Source: a virus
Taxonomy: Duplodnaviria > Heunggongvirae > Uroviricota > Caudoviricetes
DNA: 8,239 nt
IMG/VR virus record: IMGVR_UViG_3300014921_000099
Location: 1-8,239 of that record
Direction: 5' to 3' (one strand)
Positions 1-7,020 of the stretch are shown here, in pieces. Each line of letters opens with the position of its first letter. Position 1 is the stretch's first letter. The notes under the pieces are model-generated. The model was not told the DNA's origin, made no database searches, and worked only from the letters and a program-made list of their open reading frames with translations. The translations under genes were made by a program, and so were the position numbers.

Positions 1-144
1 GTCTCGGAAGTCACGTTTACTCAGGACCAGAACGGCACCCTGACGGAAATCCGTGTCGGCCCGCCTGATGCTTATCTGCCTGAACCCGAAGCCCCCGGCG
101 CGCGGAAAAAGAAAAAAGCCAGAGTACAGGAGGACCCGTTCTGA
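1..144 (+). CDS. 3' end of an upstream phage tail/baseplate gene (partial; start lies outside the window)
   Basis: Frame 1 is open from base 1 to a TGA at 142-144 that overlaps the ATG at 144 of the next gene (TGATG coupling). Composition is GC-rich like the downstream tail genes. Product cannot be assigned from 47 residues. Confidence 0.45.
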   Translation, partial: VSEVTFTQDQNGTLTEIRVGPPDAYLPEPEAPGARKKKKARVQEDPF

Positions 145-692
145 TGAGGACGATTGAAGCCATGCAGCGACAACTTCTCGGCCTGATTGGGCGGGCCGTG
201 GTGAAAAGCATCAGTGCCGCCACGAAATGTCAGACCGTGGATGTGTCCCTGATTGCCGGTGAACCCAAAGCCGGGGTTGAACATCTTGAACCCTACGGTT
301 TTACCGCAAGGGCAAACAGCGGTGCGGAAGCGGTGGTGTTGTTTCCGGATGGCGACCGTTCTCATGCGGTGGTTGTTACGGTGTCGGACCGGCGCTACCG
401 CCTGAAAGGGCTGCAGACGGGTGAGGTGGCTGTCTATGACGATCAGGGGCAGTCTGTGACGCTGACCCGGGAGGGGATCGTGGTGGACGGTGCAGGGAAA
501 ACGATCACGTTTCGCAATGCAACTGAAGCACGTTTTGAAATGGATCTGGAAGTGACCGGACAAGTGAAAGACCTGTGCGACTCCGGCGGCACCACCATGT
601 CAGCGATGCGGCTTGCCTATAACGGGCATCGTCACAGAGAGAACGGTCAGGGCAGTAACACCGACAAACCTGATAAAGCGATGGAGGCATGA
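144..692 (+). CDS. Baseplate central spike protein (P2 gpV / Mu gp45-like)
   Basis: 182-aa ORF with AGGAGG at 128-133 upstream of ATG 144. Translation has the look of the gpV/gp45 spike family, including an HxH motif ('NGHRHRENG') near the C-terminus, typical of the metal-binding spike apex. Followed by the expected baseplate gene order. Assignment by family recognition, not by search. Confidence 0.8.
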   Translation: MRTIEAMQRQLLGLIGRAVVKSISAATKCQTVDVSLIAGEPKAGVEHLEPYGFTARANSGAEAVVLFPDGDRSHAVVVTVSDRRYRLKGLQTGEVAVYDDQGQSVTLTREGIVVDGAGKTITFRNATEARFEMDLEVTGQVKDLCDSGGTTMSAMRLAYNGHRHRENGQGSNTDKPDKAMEA

Positions 693-1117
693 TGGAACTG
701 TGGCTGACGGTGAACGGTAAACGCACCTGCGCCAGCGCACCGCTGGATCCGCTGACCCGCGCCGTGGTGATTTCCCTGTTCACCTGGCGGCGGGCGGAGC
801 CTGATGACAATGCCGACGTCCCGATGGGATGGTGGGGGGATACCTGGCCTGCGGTACAGAATGACCGTTACGGCTCCCGACTGTGGCTGCTTCAGCGCAG
901 CAAACTGACCAATCAGCTGGTGCAGACGGTAAGGGGATATATCCGCGAATGCCTGCAATGGATGACTGATGACGGCGTGGTGTCCCGTATTGATCTGGAT
1001 ATCCGCCGCACCGGGATTAATGAGCTGGGTAACAGTATCACCCTCTGGCGTCGTGATGGACCAGTAATGATTTCTTTTGATGATCTGTGGAGTGCGATAA
1101 CGCATGGCGGACAGTGA
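689..1117 (+). CDS. Phage GP46-family baseplate protein (Mu gp46-like)
   Basis: 142-aa ORF whose start overlaps the stop of the spike gene (ATGA/TGATG at 689-694). Size and position between spike and baseplate J match Mu-like baseplate modules. Confidence 0.75.
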   Translation: MMELWLTVNGKRTCASAPLDPLTRAVVISLFTWRRAEPDDNADVPMGWWGDTWPAVQNDRYGSRLWLLQRSKLTNQLVQTVRGYIRECLQWMTDDGVVSRIDLDIRRTGINELGNSITLWRRDGPVMISFDDLWSAITHGGQ

Positions 1118-2162
1118 ATTTCAGCGCCCGACGCTGGCAGAAAATATCAGTATGCTCCGTAACGATTTATTCGCCAGGCTGGACGTCAGCGACACGCTCC
1201 GGCGCATGGATGAAGACGTGCGGGCAAAGGTGTATGCGGCGGCGCTGCATACGGTCTACGGTTACATCGATTATCTGGCAATGAATATGCTGCCTGACCT
1301 GTGCGATGAGTCCTGGTTGGCGCGACATGCTGCGATGAAACGGTGTCCGCGCAAGGGAGCCACGGTTGCCAGCGGGTATATGCGCTGGGAAGGTGTCAGC
1401 GATGGCCTGAAGGTGACTGCCGGGAGTGTTATTCAGCGCGATGACCTGGTGCAGTACACGACAACTGACGATGCAATCAGCTCCGGTGGTGTCCTGCGCG
1501 TGCCGATCGCCTGCTCAAGTGCAGGTGCGGTCGGTAACGCTGACGACGGTACGGCATTAATCCTGGTCACGCCGGTGAATGGTCTGCCGTCTTCCGGTGT
1601 GGCTGACACCCTGACAGGCGGATTTGATACTGAAGAGCTGGATACGTGGCGCGCCCGCGTCATTGAGCCGTATTACTGGACGCCGCAGGGCGGGGCTGAC
1701 GGGGACTATGTCGTCTGGGCTAAAGAAGTGCCTGGCATTACCCGCGCATGGACATACCGACACTGGATGGGAACGGGGACTGTCGGTGTGATGATTGCCA
1801 GCAGTGACCTGATTAATCCCATTCCGGAAGAATCAACGGAAACGGCGGCAAGACAACATATCGGGCCACTGGCCCCGGTGGCAGGCTCTGATTTGTATGT
1901 GTTCAGGCCGGTGGCACATACGGTGGATTTTCATATCCGTGTGACGCCGGACACACCGGAAATACGGGCTGCCATCACCGCGGAGTTGCGTTCGTTCCTG
2001 CTGCGTGATGGTTATCCGCAGGGAGAACTGAAGGTGTCACGTATCAGTGAAGCGATTTCCGGTGCGAACGGGGAATACAGCCATCAGTTGCTTGCACCGG
2101 CGGACAATATCACCATTGCAAAAAATGAACTGGCGGTTCTGGGGGCGATTTCATGGACGTGA
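1104..2162 (+). CDS. Baseplate J-like protein (Mu gp47 / P2 gpJ family)
   Basis: 352-aa ORF overlapping the previous gene by 14 nt and the next by 10 nt. Size and position are typical of the baseplate J wedge protein. GC-rich codon usage consistent with neighbours. Confidence 0.8.
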   Translation: MADSEFQRPTLAENISMLRNDLFARLDVSDTLRRMDEDVRAKVYAAALHTVYGYIDYLAMNMLPDLCDESWLARHAAMKRCPRKGATVASGYMRWEGVSDGLKVTAGSVIQRDDLVQYTTTDDAISSGGVLRVPIACSSAGAVGNADDGTALILVTPVNGLPSSGVADTLTGGFDTEELDTWRARVIEPYYWTPQGGADGDYVVWAKEVPGITRAWTYRHWMGTGTVGVMIASSDLINPIPEESTETAARQHIGPLAPVAGSDLYVFRPVAHTVDFHIRVTPDTPEIRAAITAELRSFLLRDGYPQGELKVSRISEAISGANGEYSHQLLAPADNITIAKNELAVLGAISWT

Positions 2163-2737
2163 CAAACGATGATTACATCCGTCTGTTGTCAGCACTGTTG
2201 CCGCCCGGTCCGGCGTGGTCAGCCAGCGATCCGGCGATTGCCGGTGCGGCACCGTCATTAACCCGCGTTCATCAGCGTGCGGATGCCCTGATGCGGGAGC
2301 TGGATCCGCGCACCACCACCGAACTGATAAATCGCTGGGAGCGTCTGTGCGGCCTGCCGGATGAATGTATTCCTACAGGGACACAGACCCTTCGCCAGCG
2401 TCAGCAACGGCTGGATGCGAAGGTGAACCTGGCGGGGGGCCTCAACGAGAATTTTTATCTTGCACAGCTTGCTGCCCTGGGCAGACCGGATGCCAACATC
2501 ACGCGATACGACAAAAGCACGTTCACCTGCTCATCGGCCTGTACTGACGCGGTGAATGCGCCTGAATGGCGGTATTACTGGCGGGTCAACATGCCAGCCG
2601 CCACCAACACCACCTGGATGACATGTGGCGATCCCTGTGATTCCGCGCTGCGCTTCTGGGGGGACACCGTTGTCGAGTGTGTTCTTAACAAACTCTGCCC
2701 GTCGCATACCTATGTGATTTTTAAATATCCGGAGTAA
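2153..2737 (+). CDS. Tail protein, P2 gpI / Mu gp48 / YmfQ-like (DUF2313 family)
   Basis: 194-aa ORF immediately after baseplate J and immediately before the tail fibre gene, the conserved location of the gpI-like protein. N-terminal '[16 protein letters not shown]' region is characteristic of this family as I recall it. Confidence 0.75.
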   Translation: MDVTNDDYIRLLSALLPPGPAWSASDPAIAGAAPSLTRVHQRADALMRELDPRTTTELINRWERLCGLPDECIPTGTQTLRQRQQRLDAKVNLAGGLNENFYLAQLAALGRPDANITRYDKSTFTCSSACTDAVNAPEWRYYWRVNMPAATNTTWMTCGDPCDSALRFWGDTVVECVLNKLCPSHTYVIFKYPE

Positions 2738-2740
2738 TCC

Positions 2741-3388
2741 ATGCATCGTATAGACACGAAAACCGCGCAGAAGGATAAGTTCGGCGCGGGTAAGAACGGT
2801 TTTACCCGTGGTAACCCCCAGACCGGCACGCCTGCCACCGATCTGGATGATGACTACTTTGACATGTTGCAGGAGGAGCTTTGCAGCGTTGTGGAGGCAT
2901 CCGGTGCCAGCCTGGAGAAGGGGCGGCATGACCAGCTGCTTACCGCGCTTCGTGCGCTGCTGTTAAGCCGCAAGAATCCGTTTGGCGATATCAAATCGGA
3001 TGGCACGGTGAAAACAGCTCTCGAAAACCTTGGTTTGGGAGAAGCGGCAAAGAGGAATGTGGGGACAGGAGAAAATCAGGTTCCGGATATGAACAGCTTT
3101 GGTAACTCATTGACCGCCAATGGATACCAGAAATTACCTGGGGGGATGATTATTCAATGGGGGAGTTTTTCTGTCTCACCAACCGGAGGAAGTGTTGGAA
3201 CAGTTGATATAACATTACCTGTAGCTTTCCCTGCTGCTTGTCGTTCGGTAAACGCTCTTATTTCAACTAATGATCCTTCTGCCCGTTCTGTGGGCTTTGA
3301 TATTGGAAGTACCAACAGAACCAAAATCAGATTTACTTACACTTCTGCTACAACAAATTCAATTTACTGGATGGCTGTGGGGTATTAA
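2741..3388 (+). CDS. Tail fibre protein: constant N-terminal part (codons 1-~93) fused to the variable C-terminal part currently in the expressed orientation
   Basis: 215-aa ORF. N-terminus '[21 protein letters not shown]...' resembles the conserved N-terminal region of enterobacterial e14/Mu-type side tail fibres. The reading frame runs through the crossover site at 3019-3042 ('LENLGLGE'). GC drops sharply downstream of the site, as expected for a swapped variable domain. Confidence 0.85.
   Translation: MHRIDTKTAQKDKFGAGKNGFTRGNPQTGTPATDLDDDYFDMLQEELCSVVEASGASLEKGRHDQLLTALRALLLSRKNPFGDIKSDGTVKTALENLGLGEAAKRNVGTGENQVPDMNSFGNSLTANGYQKLPGGMIIQWGSFSVSPTGGSVGTVDITLPVAFPAACRSVNALISTNDPSARSVGFDIGSTNRTKIRFTYTSATTNSIYWMAVGY
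3019..3042. repeat. Invertase crossover site (gix/pix/hix-like), left copy, inside the tail fibre ORF
   Basis: TCTCGAAAACC-TT-GGTTTGGGAGA has imperfect dyad symmetry and closely resembles hix/gix sites (hixL recalled as TTCTTGAAAACCAAGGTTTTTGATAA). Its reverse complement shares the core TTGGTTTGGGAGAAG exactly with the site at 4877-4900. Confidence 0.7.
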
Positions 3389-3390
3389 CT

Positions 3391-3822
3391 ATGGAAAAGA
3401 CATATTATTTTAATCCCTCTGATTCGGGATTTTATATTTCACCAGATAGCCAAACCATTCCTGAGAACGCTACGAAAATAAACTTTACTATTTATTCTGA
3501 GTTCGCAGGAGTTGCATGGCCTGATGGTAAAATACTTGGTTCAGATAAAAATGGTTTTCCAGCATGGCAGGATGCGCCACCACTTACCAGCGAAGAATTA
3601 ATCTCAATCGCTGAATCAAATAAACAGCGATTAGTTAATCAGGCCAACGAATACATGAACAGTAAACAATGGCCTGGTAAAGCGGCGATTGGTCGTCTGA
3701 AAGGTGAGGAACTGGCGCAATATAATTTGTGGCTGGATTATCTGGACGCACTGGAACTGGTCGATACTTCCAGTGCGCCAGATATTGAATGGCCTACTCC
3801 TCCGGCAGTTCAGGCCAGATGA
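3391..3822 (+). CDS. Tail fibre assembly chaperone (Tfa / Mu U-like), expressed orientation
   Basis: 143-aa ORF starting 2 nt after the fibre stop. C-terminus '...LDYLDALELVDTSSAPDIEWPTPP' is the conserved Tfa C-terminal motif. Confidence 0.85.
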   Translation: MEKTYYFNPSDSGFYISPDSQTIPENATKINFTIYSEFAGVAWPDGKILGSDKNGFPAWQDAPPLTSEELISIAESNKQRLVNQANEYMNSKQWPGKAAIGRLKGEELAQYNLWLDYLDALELVDTSSAPDIEWPTPPAVQAR

Positions 3823-4396
3823 CATCCGGCGCGGTACTGGTATCTGTTGCCGTCACCGCGTCAATGTAATCCAGCACAGTGTTAAGTCGGGTGGTCTCTG
3901 CCTGCATCAGCTTCCGCCCGGCCTGCAATTTCAGTTGAATCAGACTAATGGAAGCCATTGCAGTATCAATCAGTGACTGACGTTGTGCTTCTGCCGCGTC
4001 TACTGCGGCGCTATGCTGTGTCTCAGTATCCGTTACCCATTTCTCACCATCCCATTTATCGTATGGCGTTAACGGGGCGATAGTGGTTGTTTTTTCGGGG
4101 TAATCACCCGGAGTTGTGATTTCTTTGGCGTCTCCCGTTTCGGTGTTATAGACGATTTCACCGCGATGGTCTGGTACATATTCCCATGAGTTAAAATCTG
4201 CAGAGCGGCAGATTGCATAACCAGCTTTGTAGGTGCCTGGAGCATCTAAACAGGAATATGCCGGAATGCCGACACCAACAGCAAGATATTCAGTTGAAGC
4301 TGAAATATACTCCCGACTCATGACGTCAAAGTTATAAACAGTAATTTCTCCTGCCATAGTGGCAATTAATTCACTGTTTAATTCTGCGTTATTCAT
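3794..4396 (-). CDS. Alternate tail fibre assembly chaperone (Tfa' / Mu U'-like), silent orientation
   Basis: 200-aa ORF on the - strand. C-terminus '...LDYIDAVTATDTSTAPDVIWPELPEE' is the same conserved Tfa motif. Start ATG overlaps the stop of the alternate fibre cassette (TAATG at 4394-4398). Its 3' end overlaps the + strand tfa convergently by 29 nt. Confidence 0.8.
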   Translation of the reverse strand: MNNAELNSELIATMAGEITVYNFDVMSREYISASTEYLAVGVGIPAYSCLDAPGTYKAGYAICRSADFNSWEYVPDHRGEIVYNTETGDAKEITTPGDYPEKTTTIAPLTPYDKWDGEKWVTDTETQHSAAVDAAEAQRQSLIDTAMASISLIQLKLQAGRKLMQAETTRLNTVLDYIDAVTATDTSTAPDVIWPELPEE

Positions 4397-4900
4397 TATG
4401 CAGCCCTCACAATATAGTTAAAAGCGACATTTCGTGGGCGTGTTTCATTCGCACCTGCAGGTTTAGTCGTTGCCGCAACAACACCACCCTCTGTAATAGC
4501 CGGGTTGGGAATTGGGTAATTATCGAAGTCAATGGCTGGAGACAGGGGCGTGATTTGTTTTAAAATCGTGGTGCCTGTAAAACTTTCCAGAGTCTGGTCG
4601 TTAGTTCGTGAAGTCCAGATTCCCCAATAGTGGTTATGACTGACAATCGCACCGTCCTGAAGCGTTAATAATCCCCTTCCGTTATCCACTCCACGCCCGT
4701 CATCCCAGCCACGAATAAACTCACCACGTAAATCAGGCAATTTATTTGTCGGATAAGCCTTTGCCAGTTCCGGGTATTCTTCAGCAGAAAAAGCGGCACC
4801 GTTGCATTTCAGCCAGCCTGTTGGCGGAGTGGCGGAAGGCCACGGAACAGGCACACCAACGGGGAATGCAGAACCTTCTCCCAAACCAACGTTTAAGAAA
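4396..4900 (-). CDS. Alternate tail fibre C-terminal (receptor-binding) cassette, promoterless and lacking its own N-terminus; becomes fused to the constant fibre N-terminus after inversion
   Basis: Minus-strand frame is open from the crossover site to the stop at 4396-4398. The frame through the site reads 'FLNVGLGE', matching 'LENLGLGE' at the left site, so inversion gives an in-frame fusion. Contains a typical fibre tip motif 'PVPWP...GWLKCNG...YPEL'. The ORF-track ATG at 4929 is probably not a real start. Confidence 0.75.
4877..4900. repeat. Invertase crossover site, right copy (inverted relative to 3019-3042), just upstream of the invertase remnant
   Basis: TCTCCCAAACCAACGTTTAAGAAA. The first 15 nt are identical to the reverse complement of the left site. 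Position immediately 5' of the invertase start is the canonical arrangement. Confidence 0.7.
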
Positions 4901-4955
4901 ATGCAGAGGTAACAGCTAACTGGCATCATTCCTGCTTTTGTCAGGGGGAGCTACC

Positions 4956-5162
4956 ATGCTTATTGGCTATGTAAGCGTATCAAAAAATGACCAGAACACA
5001 GATCTACAACGTAATACGTTGAACTGTGCAGGATGCGAGTTGATTTTTGAAGATAAGTGGTACAAAGTCCGACAGGCCGGGCTGAAAAAACTGCTCAGGA
5101 CACTATTGGCAGTAGACACTCTGGTTGTCTGGAAGCCGGGTAGCTCAGGAGCAGAACAATAG
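4956..5162 (+). pseudogene. Serine DNA invertase (Pin/Gin/Hin/Cin family), 5'-terminal remnant only; truncated and degenerate
   Basis: Translation from ATG 4956 (GGGGGAG RBS at 4944-4950) gives 'MLIGYVSVSKNDQNTDLQRN..CAGCE.IFEDK', the unmistakable N-terminus of Gin/Pin/Hin invertases. The conserved Arg of the 'GY.RVS' active-site motif is Ser here. Similarity decays after 'DTLVVWK' and the frame stops at 5162 after ~69 codons, where full-length invertases are ~185-190 aa. Downstream DNA is unrelated AT-rich sequence. The ORF-track start at 4938 is a TTG; I prefer ATG 4956. Confidence 0.8.
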
Positions 5163-5345
5163 TAAGCTACTGTGATATGCTGAAGTCTGAGTGTTTTTGC
5201 ACAATATAAGAGTATCCGTGAATTGCACATCGCTATTGATGAGTATATCCATATTACATTAATGAACGTCTGATATACTATAATTTTAGCTATGTCTTTT
5301 ATGATAGAATTAGGAAACAATAAAACATCATTGATGATGTACCTT

Positions 5346-5352
5346 TAAGGAG
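5346..5352 (+). promoter_or_regulatory. Ribosome-binding site of the 377-aa cargo gene
   Basis: TAAGGAG, 5 nt upstream of ATG 5358. Confidence 0.6.
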
Positions 5353-5357
5353 TTTAT

Positions 5358-6491
5358 ATGCTGGAAACAGCTCAAAAGAATGCAGGAAGACCTTATCCTG
5401 ATGCTCTTGTAAATCGCTTCGTTTTAGATATATCTAAGCTAAAGGATGGTGATGTTATCGTAGAGCATGGTTATAGTACTTACAGCCCAACAATTGAAAA
5501 AGTAACTAAGTGTTATTATACGCATGCAATGATTTACCTTGAGGGAACTATTATTGAGGCTACAAGTGACGGTGGCGTGTTTTCTAGAGTTCCCAATAGA
5601 ATAGCTGTTCCATTAGAAAAAGATTTGGTTGTATTAAGATTAAAGAATTCATTAGATCCGTATATTATGAATCTAATAACATCAAGGGCTAGGGAGTTGA
5701 TTGGTTCAAGCTATAGTATAACTGAAGCAGCATCAACACAAATATATAAAAACACTCCTGCTAAAAAAGCAAATATAAAAATCAAACCTAAGAGAAGTCA
5801 ATTCTGTTCTAGACTTGTTGCTCAATGCTATTCTTATGGTGGAGTTAATATAGTCGATAATATAGATTACTGTACGCCGAAGGATATCTTTAACTCTATA
5901 TACTTGCAACCAGTTCATAACGCAATTAAAGAAGGTTCGTCAGAAGAAATCTATCATGCCAATATAGGGGAGTTACATCCTAAACACCTAAAATCTTGTG
6001 TCGCCTGGGTTAAAACTGCAAAAAAAATTCTTGCCAAGCATGATGTTAAAGTTCAAACAATTAATGAAATCATACATGCCGTGGTAAAATTAAATAATAC
6101 CAAAGTCGATAAGGCAGTCTTTAAAGCCATCAATGATAGTGGTTACTTACAAGATTATGTTGATGATCGCATTCAAAATGAATATAGATATAACATAGTA
6201 ATGTTTCTTGATTTTTATAAAAAACAACAAATCTCTATCGAGATGGAAATTGAAAAAGAATTTGGCATTTATAAAACCAGGAAAAGTAATTTTCAAACTT
6301 ATAAGGATATGTATGAAGAACACCCAGCCAGAATAATAAAATGCCATCTTGATCTTGAAAAAAAACTATTAAAAAGCATTCATGAAAGATTAACCATTAT
6401 CCTTACCGTATGTCAGATGTTAGCATTAACCCCGAAAAATATAGCCAAAGCAAAAGAAATATTTATAGATATAAAATTCTTACTTGAATAA
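5358..6491 (+). CDS. Hypothetical two-domain protein: N-terminal permuted NlpC/P60-like (YiiX/DUF830-type) Cys/His hydrolase domain, C-terminal Lys/Glu-rich helical domain of unknown function
   Basis: 377-aa ORF with strong RBS and a rho-independent terminator 10 nt after the stop. About 30% GC against ~60% in the tail genes. N-terminal ~180 aa contain 'DGDVIVEHGY', 'THAMIY', 'IIEATSDGGV' and 'FCSRLV', which I read as the His-before-Cys arrangement of permuted papain-fold enzymes (candidate catalytic H56 and C150). Residues ~190-377 are K/E-rich with no motif I recognise. Domain call is from motif recognition only. Confidence 0.8.
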   Translation: MLETAQKNAGRPYPDALVNRFVLDISKLKDGDVIVEHGYSTYSPTIEKVTKCYYTHAMIYLEGTIIEATSDGGVFSRVPNRIAVPLEKDLVVLRLKNSLDPYIMNLITSRARELIGSSYSITEAASTQIYKNTPAKKANIKIKPKRSQFCSRLVAQCYSYGGVNIVDNIDYCTPKDIFNSIYLQPVHNAIKEGSSEEIYHANIGELHPKHLKSCVAWVKTAKKILAKHDVKVQTINEIIHAVVKLNNTKVDKAVFKAINDSGYLQDYVDDRIQNEYRYNIVMFLDFYKKQQISIEMEIEKEFGIYKTRKSNFQTYKDMYEEHPARIIKCHLDLEKKLLKSIHERLTIILTVCQMLALTPKNIAKAKEIFIDIKFLLE

Positions 6492-6500
6492 TAGATGGTT

Positions 6501-6528
6501 AAAGGCTCGATATTGAGCCTTTTTATTA
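6501..6528 (+). terminator. Rho-independent terminator of the 377-aa gene
   Basis: AAAGGCTC-gatatt-GAGCCTTT perfect 8-bp stem with 6-nt loop, followed by a T-rich run (TTTATT), 10 nt after the TAA stop. Confidence 0.7.
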
Positions 6529-6539
6529 ACAGCGTTTAC

Positions 6540-7020
6540 ATAAGAGATATTACGGAGTGTTTTTGTAAGGAGGGGTTAATAATCACCTTCATTTTTATAT
6601 GGCTCGAACTATGTAGTTGAATGAAATATTACGAGGTCTGACTGTTGCATGGTTAACACCATCGCTAACATATGGATCGGGATAAGGGAATCTGGAAAAT
6701 CCAAAACTGTAATCGACTATACCATCATGATTACTGCATGACCGGAGCCTACGTCAAAGTGCCCAGCATACTGTGTGAAAGATGTTGCTGCTTGAAAACT
6801 AAGTAATGTCATACGATTATCGATTCCTCTTCCATCATCCTAGCCACGAATAAATTCACCACGTGACTCGGGTAATATGCCAGCCGGATAAACCGCGTCT
6901 AATTTTGGATAGATATTTTTATCGAAGGGGCACCGTTATATTTCAGCCAGTCTTCTGGTGGGTTGGGGAGGGGCAACGGCACTGGCAACGCGGAGCCTTC
7001 CTCCAAACCAAAAAATAAAA
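6540..7020 (-). pseudogene. Decayed second copy of the alternate tail fibre C-terminal cassette, with remnant of the tfa' start and of the crossover site
   Basis: Hand alignment shows roughly 65-70% identity between 6590-7012 and 4396-4900, in the same orientation. It includes a crossover-site remnant (CCTTCCTCCAAACCAA at ~6996-7012) and a 'ttcat' junction remnant at 6588-6592. The frame is broken: TGG to TAG in the 'GEFIRGW' region plus indels, and no ORF of 60 aa or more is called here. Upstream of the junction only ~18 codons of a tfa'-like start remain. Confidence 0.6.

Larger units (their letters stand above)
3031..4888. other. Invertible tail-fibre segment (G/P/C-segment type), ~1.86 kb
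   Basis: Bounded by the inverted crossover sites at 3019-3042 and 4877-4900. Contains the variable fibre C-terminus plus chaperone on the + strand and a second chaperone plus a start-less fibre C-terminus on the - strand, the canonical architecture of Mu G, e14 P and P1 C segments. Confidence 0.7.

Noticed and set aside
17-1105. Minus-strand ORFs 17-223, 72-563, 505-810 and 647-1105 antisense to the baseplate genes
   Set aside because: They lie entirely within, and antisense to, well-supported translationally coupled phage genes in GC-rich DNA, where long spurious open frames are common. No RBS or family resemblance noted.
1087-2929. ORFs 1087-1284 (+), 1433-1663 (-), 1557-1763 (-), 2365-2547 (+) and 2531-2929 (-)
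   Set aside because: Alternative-frame or antisense shadow ORFs inside the baseplate J, gpI-like and tail fibre genes; translations are low-complexity, Arg/Pro-rich, typical of GC-rich off-frames.
3631-3976. ORFs 3631-3825 (-) and 3704-3976 (+) inside the two tfa genes
   Set aside because: Embedded in the conserved chaperone genes in other frames. The real - strand gene here is the 200-aa tfa' (3794-4396).
4938-4955. TTG start at 4938 for the invertase remnant (ORF track 'MSGGATMLIGYV')
   Set aside because: The family N-terminus begins at the internal Met ('MLIGYV'), and the ATG at 4956 has a GGGGGAG RBS at appropriate spacing. The TTG extension is probably an ORF-finder artefact.
4967-5320. 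117-aa minus-strand ORF antisense to the invertase remnant and the cargo promoter region
   Set aside because: No Shine-Dalgarno sequence upstream of its start. It spans a compositional boundary and overlaps the RBS and start of a recognisable invertase remnant. Translation is low-complexity. Likely spurious, though a small antisense gene cannot be fully excluded.
5163-5345. Promoter hexamers upstream of the 377-aa gene (for example TATAAT at 5279-5284, TATACT at 5275-5280)
   Set aside because: Several -10-like hexamers exist, as expected in 30% GC DNA, but none has a good -35 at canonical spacing. Transcription could also read through from the invertase promoter. Not annotated without transcript data.
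5733-6347. Minus-strand ORFs 5733-5918 and 6147-6347 inside the 377-aa gene
   Set aside because: AT-rich antisense frames with Ile/Phe/Lys-rich low-complexity translations, no RBS. The + strand gene has far stronger signals.
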